DNA of 64,000 nt. Source: an uncultured Planctomycetales bacterium (GTDB taxonomy: Bacteria; Planctomycetota; UBA1135). The stretch is taken from NCBI GenBank assembly GCA_964482495.1, contig CAYZXS010000021.1:658-64657 (forward strand), written 5' to 3'. Shown piece after piece: positions 8,854 to 18,103 of this stretch (the stretch's first letter is position 1; each line of letters opens with the position of its first letter). Position numbers and translations under genes: made by a program. The notes below the pieces were generated by a model, which saw only the letters and a program-made list of their open reading frames with translations, was not told where the DNA came from and did not search any database.

Positions 8854-10407
8854 ATGCTCCCGCTCACGCTCCTCGCGGCCCCGCCGCAGACTCCGACCAG
8901 CGAACTCTGGTGGCTCGGCCTGCTCGGCGGCGGCCTGCTGCTGTTCATCTTCATCGCGGCCTTCATCGTCAAGCAGTACAAGCGCTGCCCGTCAAACCAG
9001 ATCCTCGTGGTCTTCGGCAAGGTCCGCGGCCGCCAAGCAGCGAAGTGCCTACACGGCGGCGGCACCTTCGTCGTCCCGCTGGTCCAGGACTACAGCTACC
9101 TGAGCCTGGAGCCGCTGGTGATCGACATCCCGCTCGAGGGGGCGCTGTCGCTGAACAACATCCGCGTCAACGTCCCGGCGACCTTCACGGTCGGCATCAG
9201 CACCGACCCGGTGATGATGAACAACGCCGCCGAGCGCCTGCTGGGCATGGGCGAGGGCAAGATCAAGGAGCAGGCCCAGGACATCATCCTCGGCCAGCTG
9301 CGCCTGGTGATCGCGACCCTGTCGATCGAGGAGATCAACAAGGACCGCGAGAAGTTCATGTCCTTGATCAACACCAACGTCGCCGAAGAGGTCAACAAGA
9401 TCGGCCTCGAGCTGATCAACGTCAACATCCGCGACATCACCGACGAGAGCGGCTACATCGTCGCCATCGGCCAGCGGGCCGCGGCCGAGGCCATCAACAA
9501 GGCCAAGGTCGAGGTGGCGCAGCAGGAGCGCGACGGCGCCGTCGGCGAGGCCATCGCCGTGCGGGAGCAGACCGTCGACGTGGCCGGCGAGACGGCGACC
9601 GCCGCCGAGGGCGAGAAGAGCGCCGAGCGCACCCAGCGGATCGCGGTCTCGGCCCTCGAGGCGGAGGCGGTGGACGGCGAGAACACCGCCAAGGCCGAGG
9701 TCGCGGAGTCGAACGCCAAGTTGGCCGAGATCGCCGCCGAGGCCCAGCGCCGGGCCGAGGTCGCGGAGGCCAAGTCGCGTGAGGCGGTCCTCGTGGCCGA
9801 GCGCGAGCAAGAGCTGGCGCGGCTGGCCAAGGAGGAGCTGGCGCCGCAGGAGATCGAGAAGAAGCGCGTCGAGATCGACGCCGAGGCCACCGCCGAGCGC
9901 GCCCGGCGCGAGGCGGCCGGTGAGGCGGACGCGATCCTGGCCCGGTACATGGCCGAGGCCGAGGGGATCCGCAAGGTCCTGGACTCCAAGGCAGCGGGCT
10001 ACCGCGGGCTGATCGCAGCCTGCGAGGGCCAGCCGCACATCGCCCCCACCCTGCTCATGGTCGAGCAGCTGCCCGAGATCATCGCCGAGCAGGTGAAGGC
10101 GATCCAGAACCTGAAGATCGACAAGATCACGGTCTGGGACTCCGGCGCCGGCGGCGCGGGCGCCAAGGGCGGCTCGACCGCGAATTTCCTGTCCTCCCTG
10201 ATCGGCTCCCTGCCGGCGATGCACGAGCTCGCCGACCAGGCCGGGATCCAGCTGCCCGAGGTCCTGGGCCGGGTCGCCGCGGAGAACGGCGCGCCCGACC
10301 CCGCGGAGGCCGTCGCGGCGGCGGCTCCGTCCGGGGCGGCGGCCGCGGCCTCCCCGCCCCCGCCGCCGTTCCTCGACGATCCCGGCGAGGGATCCGCCAG
10401 CGCCTGA
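8854..10407 (+). CDS. Flotillin/SPFH (band 7) family protein
   Basis: N-terminal TM, YKRCPSNQILVVFG, SPFH domain, AE/EA-rich coiled coil, QVKAIQNLKIDKITVWD flotillin tail. Confidence 0.92.
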   Translation: MLPLTLLAAPPQTPTSELWWLGLLGGGLLLFIFIAAFIVKQYKRCPSNQILVVFGKVRGRQAAKCLHGGGTFVVPLVQDYSYLSLEPLVIDIPLEGALSLNNIRVNVPATFTVGISTDPVMMNNAAERLLGMGEGKIKEQAQDIILGQLRLVIATLSIEEINKDREKFMSLINTNVAEEVNKIGLELINVNIRDITDESGYIVAIGQRAAAEAINKAKVEVAQQERDGAVGEAIAVREQTVDVAGETATAAEGEKSAERTQRIAVSALEAEAVDGENTAKAEVAESNAKLAEIAAEAQRRAEVAEAKSREAVLVAEREQELARLAKEELAPQEIEKKRVEIDAEATAERARREAAGEADAILARYMAEAEGIRKVLDSKAAGYRGLIAACEGQPHIAPTLLMVEQLPEIIAEQVKAIQNLKIDKITVWDSGAGGAGAKGGSTANFLSSLIGSLPAMHELADQAGIQLPEVLGRVAAENGAPDPAEAVAAAAPSGAAAAASPPPPPFLDDPGEGSASA

Positions 10408-10430
10408 GCCAGCCCGGGCGATCGCCCCAC

Positions 10431-10460
10431 CGGCCCCGCGGAGATTCCGCGGGGCCGTTC
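10431..10460 (+). terminator. Hairpin, probable terminator after flotillin
   Basis: Perfect 12-bp stem CGGCCCCGCGGA-GAT-TCCGCGGGGCCG; short U tail. Confidence 0.5.
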
Positions 10461-10497
10461 GCGTAACCTGGAGACTGGCCGACCGACGGCCCCTTCG

Positions 10498-12540
10498 ATG
10501 GACGACCCCCTGCTCGACACCCTGCGCCGTCGCTTCGGCCATGAGGACTTCCGCCACGGCCAGCGCGAGATCATCCGCTCGGTCCTGGACGGGCGGCCGA
10601 CCATCGCGGTGCTCCCTACCGGCGCCGGCAAGTCGCTCTGTTTTCAGCTCCCGGCGCTGCTCTGCGAGGGCACGGCGGTGGTCCTGAGCCCGCTGATCGC
10701 GCTGATGAAGGACCAGGTCGACGCCCTCGCCGAGCGCGGCATCGCCGCCGCCAAGGTCACCAGCGCCGACCCCGCCGCCGAGCGCCGGGAGGCCGAGGCC
10801 CGGCTGGCTGCGGGCGAGCTGAAGCTGGTCTACGCCGCCCCGGAGCGGCTCCGCAGCGACGGCTTCCTGGACGCCGTGGCGCGGGCCTCGCTGTCCTTGG
10901 TCGCGGTCGACGAGGCCCACTGCGTCAGCGAGTGGGGCCACGACTTCCGGCCGGATTACCGGCGCATCAAGCCCTTGCTGCAGGAGCTGCGGCCGCCGCG
11001 GCTGGCCGCCTTCACCGCGACCGCTACTCCCGAAGTCCGCGAAGAGCTCGGCGACGCCCTCGGCATGGAGCGGCCGGAGCTGTTCGTGCGCGGCTTCAAC
11101 CGGCCGAACCTGCGGATGCGGGTCCAGCGCACGCGAGGAGGAGCGGAGCGCCTGAAGCGGCTGTGCCAGCTGGTCCGGGACCGCGACGGCGCCGGACCTG
11201 CCCTGGTCTACACCGCGACCCGGCGCCAGGCCGAAGACGGCGCCGCCGCGCTGCGCGCCGCCGGGCTGCAAGCTGCCCACTACCACGCTGGCCTCGACGG
11301 CGCCGAGCGCCACCGGCTGCAGGAGGGCTTCCTCGGCGACCAGGTCGACGCCCTGGTGGCGACCAACGCCTTCGGCATGGGCATCGACAAGCCGGACGTC
11401 CGACTCCTGGTCCACCTCGCGCTGCCGGCTTCGCTCGAGGCTTACTACCAGGAAGTCGGCCGGGCCGGGCGCGACGGGCTCCCCGCCGACGTCGTCCTGC
11501 TCTACAGCTTCCGCGACGCGCGCACCGCCGAGTTCCTGATCCAGCGCGGCAGCGGCGAGGAGGAGCTGCTCGACCCCCAGCAGGAGGCCGCCCGCCAGAG
11601 CTACCGCGACGGCGCGCTGCGCCGGCTCCAGCGCATGCTCCGCTTCGCCTCCGGCGGGACCTGCCGCCGGCGAACCGTGCTCGAGTACTTCGGCGACCCC
11701 GACGTCGAGCTCTTCCTCGACGGCTGCGGAGCCTGCGACCGCTGCGAGCAGGCGGCCGCCGAAGCCGCGCCGGAGCTCGACGACGACCAGCACACCATCG
11801 TCCGCAAGGCGCTCTCGGGGGTGGCGCGCACCGGCGGCAGGGTCGGCCGGACCCGGATCGCGGCGATGCTGGTCGGGAGCAACAGCCAGCCGGTACGCCA
11901 GCTCGGCTTCGACCGCCTCAGCACCTTCGGGCTCCTGAAGGAGCACGGGCGGGACTTCGTCCTGGACCTGCTCGACGCCCTCGAGGAGGCCGGATTGGTG
12001 AGGACCTTCGGCACCCAGTTCCCCGTCCTCGGCCTGAGCGAGCGCGGCGCCGCGGTCATGCGCGACGAAGACCGGGCCCGGGTGTCCTGGCCGGAGCGGC
12101 GCGCCCCGCGCCGCGCCGCGGCGACGGCCAGGAAGCCGCGCAAGGAGCGGAAGCGGCGCGAGCTGCCGCTGGCCTCCCTGCCCCCGACTCCCGCCGTCTC
12201 CACCGACCTCGGCCTGGCCATGGAGGCGGATCCGGAGCGCCCGCCGGCCGGCCTGGACCCGGTCGCTGCGGACCTCGGCCCGGAGCTGGAGGAGGAGGTC
12301 GAGCAGGCCCCCGACTACGACCTGGCGCTGTTCGAGCGCCTCGCGGCCTGGCGCAAGGGGGTCGCCGCCGAGTCCGGCAAGCCCGCTTACCTGGTCTTCA
12401 GCAACGCCACGCTGCGCAACCTCGCGCGGGAGCTGCCCCGCGACCTGGCCGAACTCGCAGAGGTGCCCGGGGTCGGCCCGGTGAAGCTGGAGCTCTACGG
12501 CGCGGCTCTGCTCGAGCAGCTGGGCGAAGCCGAGGCCTGA
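10498..12540 (+). CDS. recQ: ATP-dependent DNA helicase RecQ (with RQC and HRDC domains)
   Basis: PTGAGKSLCFQLP, AVDEAHCVSEWGHDFRPDY, ATNAFGMGIDKPDVR, YYQEVGRAGRDG, CRR...CGACDRC zinc site, C-terminal HRDC. Confidence 0.95.
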   Translation: MDDPLLDTLRRRFGHEDFRHGQREIIRSVLDGRPTIAVLPTGAGKSLCFQLPALLCEGTAVVLSPLIALMKDQVDALAERGIAAAKVTSADPAAERREAEARLAAGELKLVYAAPERLRSDGFLDAVARASLSLVAVDEAHCVSEWGHDFRPDYRRIKPLLQELRPPRLAAFTATATPEVREELGDALGMERPELFVRGFNRPNLRMRVQRTRGGAERLKRLCQLVRDRDGAGPALVYTATRRQAEDGAAALRAAGLQAAHYHAGLDGAERHRLQEGFLGDQVDALVATNAFGMGIDKPDVRLLVHLALPASLEAYYQEVGRAGRDGLPADVVLLYSFRDARTAEFLIQRGSGEEELLDPQQEAARQSYRDGALRRLQRMLRFASGGTCRRRTVLEYFGDPDVELFLDGCGACDRCEQAAAEAAPELDDDQHTIVRKALSGVARTGGRVGRTRIAAMLVGSNSQPVRQLGFDRLSTFGLLKEHGRDFVLDLLDALEEAGLVRTFGTQFPVLGLSERGAAVMRDEDRARVSWPERRAPRRAAATARKPRKERKRRELPLASLPPTPAVSTDLGLAMEADPERPPAGLDPVAADLGPELEEEVEQAPDYDLALFERLAAWRKGVAAESGKPAYLVFSNATLRNLARELPRDLAELAEVPGVGPVKLELYGAALLEQLGEAEA

Positions 12541-12544
12541 CCGC

Positions 12545-13432
12545 TCAACTGGCCGACGGGTGCCAGATGGTCTTCATCTCGAGGAAGGGCTCGATCCAGT
12601 ACGGCGAGTGACACTGCCCCTCGTCGTACCAGTCCTCGTCCTTCAGCCGTCGCACGGTCACCCGCTTCAGGTTCTCGGCGGCGCCCAGCTCCAACGCCCG
12701 CCGCTCCGCGGGGCGGCAGCCGGCCGCGTGGACACCGAGGATCTCCCGGTGGCCGGCGAGGACCTCGAGCAACTCCGGGCGCTTCCCGGTGAGCAGGTTG
12801 ACCGCTCCCCCAGGCAGGTCCGAGGTGGCGCAGACCTCCCCGAGGACCGCGGTCGCCAGCGGGTGGCGCTCCGACCCGAGAGCGACCACGGTGTTCCCGG
12901 CGCACAGCGGCGGCGCCAGCAGCGACACCAGGGCGAGCAGCGGCTCCTCCGGCGGCGCCAGGACGGCGACCACCCCACTCGGCTGCGGCACGGTGAAGTT
13001 GTAGTAGGGCCCGGCCACCGGATTCGAGTTCCCGAGCACCTGGCTGAACTTGTCGGCCCAGCCGGCGAAGTGCACCAGGCGGTCGACCGCGGCGGCGGTC
13101 TCGCGCCGCGCCCGGCTCAGGCCGCCAGGCACGGTCGCCGCGAGGACGGCGGCCATCTCCTCGGCCTTGCCCTCGAGCATCTCGGCCATCCGGTAGAGGA
13201 TCTGGCCCCGGTTGTAGGCGTCCCGCCGGCTCCACCCCGGGAGCGCCTTGGCGGCCGCGGAGACCGCGTCGCGAAGGTCCTTGCGGGAGGCGTGGCAGAG
13301 GTGGGCGAAGACCCGGCCGCGGCGGTCCTCGATCGGCAGGCTGCGACCGGACTCGCTGCGCGGGAAGGCGCCGGCGAGGTAGAGCTTGTAGGTCTTCGGC
13401 ACGGTCAGACGTTGGGGGGCGCGGGAGGCCAT
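12545..13432 (-). CDS. Truncated aldehyde-dehydrogenase-like protein (Rossmann part only)
   Basis: KTYKLYLAGAFPRSESGR, RGQILYRMAEMLE, FAGWADK; 295 aa, no ELGGK or catalytic Cys segment. Confidence 0.85.
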   Translation of the reverse strand: MASRAPQRLTVPKTYKLYLAGAFPRSESGRSLPIEDRRGRVFAHLCHASRKDLRDAVSAAAKALPGWSRRDAYNRGQILYRMAEMLEGKAEEMAAVLAATVPGGLSRARRETAAAVDRLVHFAGWADKFSQVLGNSNPVAGPYYNFTVPQPSGVVAVLAPPEEPLLALVSLLAPPLCAGNTVVALGSERHPLATAVLGEVCATSDLPGGAVNLLTGKRPELLEVLAGHREILGVHAAGCRPAERRALELGAAENLKRVTVRRLKDEDWYDEGQCHSPYWIEPFLEMKTIWHPSAS

Positions 13433-14913
13433 CAGCTCAACTCAAGGTAGGGACGTAGTCCTTGGCGCCCGCCCTCCCGACCGAAGCCGGACTCCTTGAA
13501 GCCGCCGAAGGGCGAGGAGGCGTCGAAGCGGTTGTAGGTGTTGCACCAGACCACCCCGGCCTCCAGCCGGGAGGCCATCTCGAAGATCTTGGAGCCCTTG
13601 TCGGTCCAGACCCCGGCGGCGAGCCCGTAGGGCGTGTTGTTGGCCCGGCTGAGCGCCTCTTCCGGGGTGCGGAAGCTCATCACCGCCAGCACCGGGCCGA
13701 AGACCTCCTCGCGCGCCAGGGTGTCGGCGGGCTGGACGCCGGTGAAGTAGCTCGGCCGGCACCAGTAGCCCTTGGCCGGCAGCGGCTCATCGTGGCACTC
13801 TCGCAGGACTCCACCCTCGTCGATGCCGATCTTCAGGTAGCCGCGGATCCGCTCCAGCTGCTCGCGCGAGTTGATGGCGCCGACGTCGGTGTTCTTGTCG
13901 AGCGGGTCTCCCACGCGCAGACTGCGCAGCCGCCAGTCGAGTTTCTCGAGCACTTCCTCGAGCACGCCCTCCTGCACGAAGAGCCGCGAGCCGGCGCAGC
14001 AGACCTGGCCCTGGTTGAAGTAGATGGCGTCCACCACGCCCTCCACCGCCTGATCGATGCTGGCGTCATCGAAGATGATGTTGGCGGACTTGCCGCCGAG
14101 CTCCAGGGTCAGGCGCCGGCCGCTGCCGGCGCTGCCCGCGGCCAGCTTCTTGCCGACCTCGGTGCTACCCGTGAAGGCCAGCTTCTTGACCTGCGGGTGC
14201 GCAGCCAGGGCGGCGCCGGTCTCGCCGCCGCCGGTGACGATGTTGACCACCCCGGGCGGCAGCTCGCACTCCTGGAGGATCTCCGCCAGGCGAAGGGCAG
14301 TGAGCGAGGTAGTCTCGGCCGGCTTGAGGACGACGCTGTTGCCGCAGGCGAGCGCCGGAGCGAGCTTCCAGGCAGCCATCAGCAGCGGGAAGTTCCACGG
14401 GATGATCTGGCCGCAGACCCCGACCGGGCGCGGCTGCCTCCCCGGGAAGGCGAAGTCGAGCTTGTCCGCCCAGCCGGCGTGATAGAAGAAGTGCTTGGCC
14501 GCCTCGGGGACGTCGACGTCCCGCGACTCCTTGATCGGCTTGCCGCCGTCCAGGGTCTCGAGCACGGCGAGCTCCCGGGCCCGCTCCTGGATCCTGCGGG
14601 CGATGCGGAACAGGTACTTGGCCCGCTCCCGCCCCGGGAGCCGGGCCCACTTCGGCTGGGCGCGGCGGGCGGCGGCGACCGCGGCTTCGACGTCCTCCGG
14701 CCCGCCGGCGGCGACCTCCGCGAGGGGCTCCTCGGTGGCGGGGTTGATGGTCGCGAAGCTGGCGCCGTCGGCGCTGGCGGCGAAGTCGCCGCCGATGAAG
14801 TGCCCGTAGCGCGGCGCGATCTCCACCGGGGTGGTCTCGGGCGCGGGTGCGTAGTCCCAGGCTCCGTCCTCGAGCAGGGCGGCGGCGGGTTCTTGGGGCT
14901 CGGGAGCGGTCAT
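13432..14913 (-). CDS. Aldehyde dehydrogenase (probably acetaldehyde, coupled to DeoC)
   Basis: IIPWNFPLLM, LKPAETT, FTGSTEVG, LELGGKS, GQVCCAGS, EEVFGPV, PFGGFKESGFGREGG. Confidence 0.95.
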   Translation of the reverse strand: MTAPEPQEPAAALLEDGAWDYAPAPETTPVEIAPRYGHFIGGDFAASADGASFATINPATEEPLAEVAAGGPEDVEAAVAAARRAQPKWARLPGRERAKYLFRIARRIQERARELAVLETLDGGKPIKESRDVDVPEAAKHFFYHAGWADKLDFAFPGRQPRPVGVCGQIIPWNFPLLMAAWKLAPALACGNSVVLKPAETTSLTALRLAEILQECELPPGVVNIVTGGGETGAALAAHPQVKKLAFTGSTEVGKKLAAGSAGSGRRLTLELGGKSANIIFDDASIDQAVEGVVDAIYFNQGQVCCAGSRLFVQEGVLEEVLEKLDWRLRSLRVGDPLDKNTDVGAINSREQLERIRGYLKIGIDEGGVLRECHDEPLPAKGYWCRPSYFTGVQPADTLAREEVFGPVLAVMSFRTPEEALSRANNTPYGLAAGVWTDKGSKIFEMASRLEAGVVWCNTYNRFDASSPFGGFKESGFGREGGRQGLRPYLELS

Positions 14914-14914
14914 C

Positions 14915-15796
14915 TCAGGCCTCGGAGAGGTCGTGGGAGGCGACGTAGTGGCCGTCGCGTTGTTTCAGGAGCTGGCGGACCAGGTCGTTCGCCAGCGATG
15001 AAGCGCCGAAGCGGAACAAGTCGGGCGTCAGCCAGGCCTCCCCCAGCGTCTCCTTGAGCATCACCAGGTAGTGCAGGGCCTGCTTGGCGGTTCGGATCCC
15101 ACCGGCCGGCTTAATGCCGATCCGCTTGCCGCTTTGCAGCCAGTGGTCCCGCACGGACTCCATCAGCACCAGGGTCACCCCCATGGTCGCGGCGGGCTGG
15201 ACCTTGCCGGTGCTGGTCTTGACGAAGTCCGCGCCGGCCTCGATCGCCAGGTCGCTGGCCTTGCGGACCAGGTCATAGGTCTCGAGCTCGCCAGTCTCGA
15301 GGATGACCTTCAGGTGGGCGGCGCCGCAGGCCTCCTTGACCGCGCCGATCTCGTGGAAGACCTGGTCCTCGGCGCCGGAGAGGAAACCGCCGCGGTTGAT
15401 CACCATGTCGATCTCGTGGGCGCCGTCCTCGACCGCGCTCCGGACCTCCGAGACTCGGAGAGGCAGCGGCAGCTGGCCGCTCGGGAAGGCTGTGGCGACG
15501 CTCGCGACCTTGACCGGGCTCCCCTCGAGCAGTTCCCTCGCCAGGCTCACGAAGCGGGGGTAGACGCACACCGCGGCGACGCTGGGGATCCCGGGATCGC
15601 CCTCGACCGGCTGGAGCGCCTTCCGGCACAGGGCCCGGATCTTCTCCGGGGAGTCCTTGCCCTCGAGGGTGGTCAGGTCGGTCATCGACAGGGCCAGCTT
15701 GAGCCCGACGACCTTGCTCTGCCGCTTCAGAGAGCGGCGGGTGAACTTCGCCGCGCGCGCGTCCGCAGCCACCCGGTCCACGGTCTTGGTCCGCAT
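14915..15796 (-). CDS. deoC: Deoxyribose-phosphate aldolase, long form
   Basis: DLTTLEG, AAVCVYP, GAHEIDMVI, HLKVILETGEL, DFVKTSTGK, GIKPAGGIR, FRFGASSL. Confidence 0.96.
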   Translation of the reverse strand: MRTKTVDRVAADARAAKFTRRSLKRQSKVVGLKLALSMTDLTTLEGKDSPEKIRALCRKALQPVEGDPGIPSVAAVCVYPRFVSLARELLEGSPVKVASVATAFPSGQLPLPLRVSEVRSAVEDGAHEIDMVINRGGFLSGAEDQVFHEIGAVKEACGAAHLKVILETGELETYDLVRKASDLAIEAGADFVKTSTGKVQPAATMGVTLVLMESVRDHWLQSGKRIGIKPAGGIRTAKQALHYLVMLKETLGEAWLTPDLFRFGASSLANDLVRQLLKQRDGHYVASHDLSEA

Positions 15797-15802
15797 GCCG
15801 CC

Positions 15803-15808
15803 ATCTTA
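15803..15808 (-). promoter_or_regulatory. -10 element, leaderless-type, deoC operon
   Basis: TAAGAT 6 nt before the ATG. Confidence 0.6.
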
Positions 15809-15848
15809 GGGCCTCCCGGCCCCGGGCGATCCCGCGGCGAGGCCGCGC

Positions 15849-16802
15849 TCAGTCCCCGAACTGCGAGCTCAGGCGGAAGTGTGCGCGGCTGCCGTCCGGG
15901 AGCTCGAAGCGGAGCTCGGCGTTCATCTGGTAGAGCAGCCCGCTGTCGAGCAGGATCTTCAGCACCTCGGCCTGCTCCTCCTTGGCCGAGCTCTCCACCA
16001 GCCGCCACTCGCCGCGCTCGTCGAGGACCTCGAAGGCCGGCGCGATCGCGATCTCGGCGAAGCGGAAGCGGCGCTCCCGGCCGAGGCCGGCGAAGTGGAA
16101 GGTGCGGCGGACCTGGCGATCGGCGGCGGCCAGACTATGGACGTCGGTGACTTGGGTCCAGGTGGAGCCGGGGCCGACCTGCTCCACTGGCCGCGGGACC
16201 GAGAGGGCGAGCCCGAGGGCGCCGTCCGCGCGCTTCAGCCCGTCCTGCCCGAAGAAGGCCAGCATCTCGGCCGGCAGCTCCCCCGCCGAATCGAGCGACT
16301 CGGCGACGGTCGCGTGCAGCTTCTCGAGGCCGGACAGTCCCGTCACGGTGCCGTCGCGGCGCAGCAGGAAGCGGATCTCGGCGTCCCGCAAGCCGCTCGA
16401 CCACGCCGCCAGGAGGCAGCGGCATGCGGAGTGGCTCTCCTCGGCCTGGTCCACGTGCTCGCTGAAGTAGGAGTAGCGGCCGTCCTGCCACTCGTAGCTG
16501 CACGCGCCCTTCTGGAGGCGCAGGCGCCAGTCGAGGAACTGGCCCGCCACGGAGAAGCCGCCCGGAACCGGTTCGAGGCACCGGAGCCTCAGGCTGTAGT
16601 CGAAGGTCCAGACGGCCTCGACGCCGTCGGCCCCGGTGATCACCGACTCGAAGCGCACGTTCTGGCGCCAGATCTGGCCGGTCTCCAGGGAGACGGCCAG
16701 CTCAGCTTCCTGCACCTCGTGCACGGCCTCGTCGACCTCCGCTTGAGCGAGGATCGGTGCTCCGCCGGCGGCGAAGAGGAGCAGGATGCTGGCAATTCTC
16801 AC
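15849..16802 (-). CDS. Secreted hypothetical protein (beta-rich, DUF6263-like)
   Basis: Signal peptide from GTG 16802 (VRIASILLLFAAGGAPILAQ); DGTVTGLSGLE and VGPGSTWT motifs recall DUF6263; family call is from memory. Confidence 0.6.
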   Translation of the reverse strand: MRIASILLLFAAGGAPILAQAEVDEAVHEVQEAELAVSLETGQIWRQNVRFESVITGADGVEAVWTFDYSLRLRCLEPVPGGFSVAGQFLDWRLRLQKGACSYEWQDGRYSYFSEHVDQAEESHSACRCLLAAWSSGLRDAEIRFLLRRDGTVTGLSGLEKLHATVAESLDSAGELPAEMLAFFGQDGLKRADGALGLALSVPRPVEQVGPGSTWTQVTDVHSLAAADRQVRRTFHFAGLGRERRFRFAEIAIAPAFEVLDERGEWRLVESSAKEEQAEVLKILLDSGLLYQMNAELRFELPDGSRAHFRLSSQFGD

Positions 16803-16846
16803 GGGTTCGGTCTCCACCGTGCTGAGCGGCCGGAAACCAGCAACCC

Positions 16847-17332
16847 TTAAGCCGAGATGGCAAAGGGTAACACCCTATCGGCCAATTCGAGCAGGCGCAG
16901 GCGACATGCCACGGACTCCTCGGCGGCACAGAAGAGCAGCTCGGCGCTCCCCGGGGCCAGCCACACCACGGCCCGCTGGCCCCACTCCCGCCCCCAGAGA
17001 CAGGCCTGGGAGCGGTCGAGGCCGTGGAGGGCGTATCCCTCCTCCCGCCAGGCCGGCGAGGACCCCGGCAGAGAGCTGCCGAAGGCGGGGGTCCAAGGCA
17101 CCCCAGCCGCGACCAGGGAGCGCAGCAGGCGGCCGTTCGCGGCCTCATTGGCGGCGAGCGGCAACTCGACGGAGCCCGGGTTCCAAGCCGTGATCAGCGT
17201 GACGCTGTCGACCATCCCGGAGACCTCCTCCCGCCGCTCTCCGTCGAGGGCGAACGACACCCACCGGCCGCCCGCGCCGTAGGCGTAGCCGGAGGCTCGG
17301 TAGACCTCCGTCCAGTCCGGCTCGGCGTTCAC
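16847..17332 (-). CDS. DUF3293 domain protein
   Basis: LITAWNPGS...ANEAAN..L and W.EEG...GREWGQRAV motifs; start at GTG 17332. Confidence 0.8.
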   Translation of the reverse strand: MNAEPDWTEVYRASGYAYGAGGRWVSFALDGERREEVSGMVDSVTLITAWNPGSVELPLAANEAANGRLLRSLVAAGVPWTPAFGSSLPGSSPAWREEGYALHGLDRSQACLWGREWGQRAVVWLAPGSAELLFCAAEESVACRLRLLELADRVLPFAISA

Positions 17333-17401
17333 GGCGCAATTCCCTGACGTGACGATCTGCGGCTCTCCATCGAGACACTTTAGCTCGCCTGGCGGCTTCC
17401 C

Positions 17402-17407
17402 TAGGCT
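17402..17407 (+). promoter_or_regulatory. -10 element, leaderless-type, upp
   Basis: TAGGCT 6 nt before the ATG. Confidence 0.55.
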
Positions 17408-17413
17408 GCCTTC

Positions 17414-18055
17414 ATGGGCAAGCTCGTGCTCTCCCAGCATCCCCTGGTCGCCGACAAGCTCGGCCGGCTCCGAGACCGTGAGACTCCCGCCCCGGAGTTC
17501 CGCGCCCTGGTCCGAGAGATCTCCCTGCTGCTCGGCGTCCAGGCCTGCGAGGGCCTCGCGCTGACGGACCGCGAGGTCCAGACTCCGCTCGCCCCTTGCG
17601 CGGCGCAGGGCCTGCTCGCCAGGATCGGCTTGGTCCCGGTGCTCCGGGCCGGACTCGGCATGGCCGACGGGCTGCTCAGCCTGCTCCCGCGCGCCGAGGT
17701 CTGGCACCTCGGGCTCTACCGTGACGAGGCCTCGTTGCAGCCGGTCCCGTACTACAACAAGCTGCCGGCGGGGAGGCCGGTCCGGGTGGCGATGGTGCTC
17801 GATCCCATGCTGGCGACCGGTGGCTCGGCGATCGCCGCGCTCGACATCGTCCGGGACTGGGGCGTCGAGCAGGCGCTGTTCCTCGGCATCCTCGGCGCCC
17901 CGGAGGGCGTCGAGGCCCTGCGCCAGGCCCATCCCGAGGTCGAGCTCCACCTCGGCGCCATGGACGAGAAGCTGGACGAGCGCGGCTTCATCGTTCCCGG
18001 CCTCGGCGACGCCGGCGACCGGCAGTTCTCGACCGAGCAGCGGGGACCTTCCTGA
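17414..18055 (+). CDS. upp: Uracil phosphoribosyltransferase
   Basis: HPLVADKL..LRD, VPVLRAGLGM, LDPMLATGGS, IVPGLGDAGDR. Confidence 0.97.
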   Translation: MGKLVLSQHPLVADKLGRLRDRETPAPEFRALVREISLLLGVQACEGLALTDREVQTPLAPCAAQGLLARIGLVPVLRAGLGMADGLLSLLPRAEVWHLGLYRDEASLQPVPYYNKLPAGRPVRVAMVLDPMLATGGSAIAALDIVRDWGVEQALFLGILGAPEGVEALRQAHPEVELHLGAMDEKLDERGFIVPGLGDAGDRQFSTEQRGPS

Positions 18056-18103
18056 AGCGGAGCCCTCGCCCCGCTTCCGACCGCTGTTAAACTCCGCGCG
18101 AGG

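Noticed and set aside
12545-13432. ALDH pseudogene fragment
   Set aside because: Intact ORF with a coupled TGATG start, and the same truncated partner is a known feature of deoC-ALDH clusters
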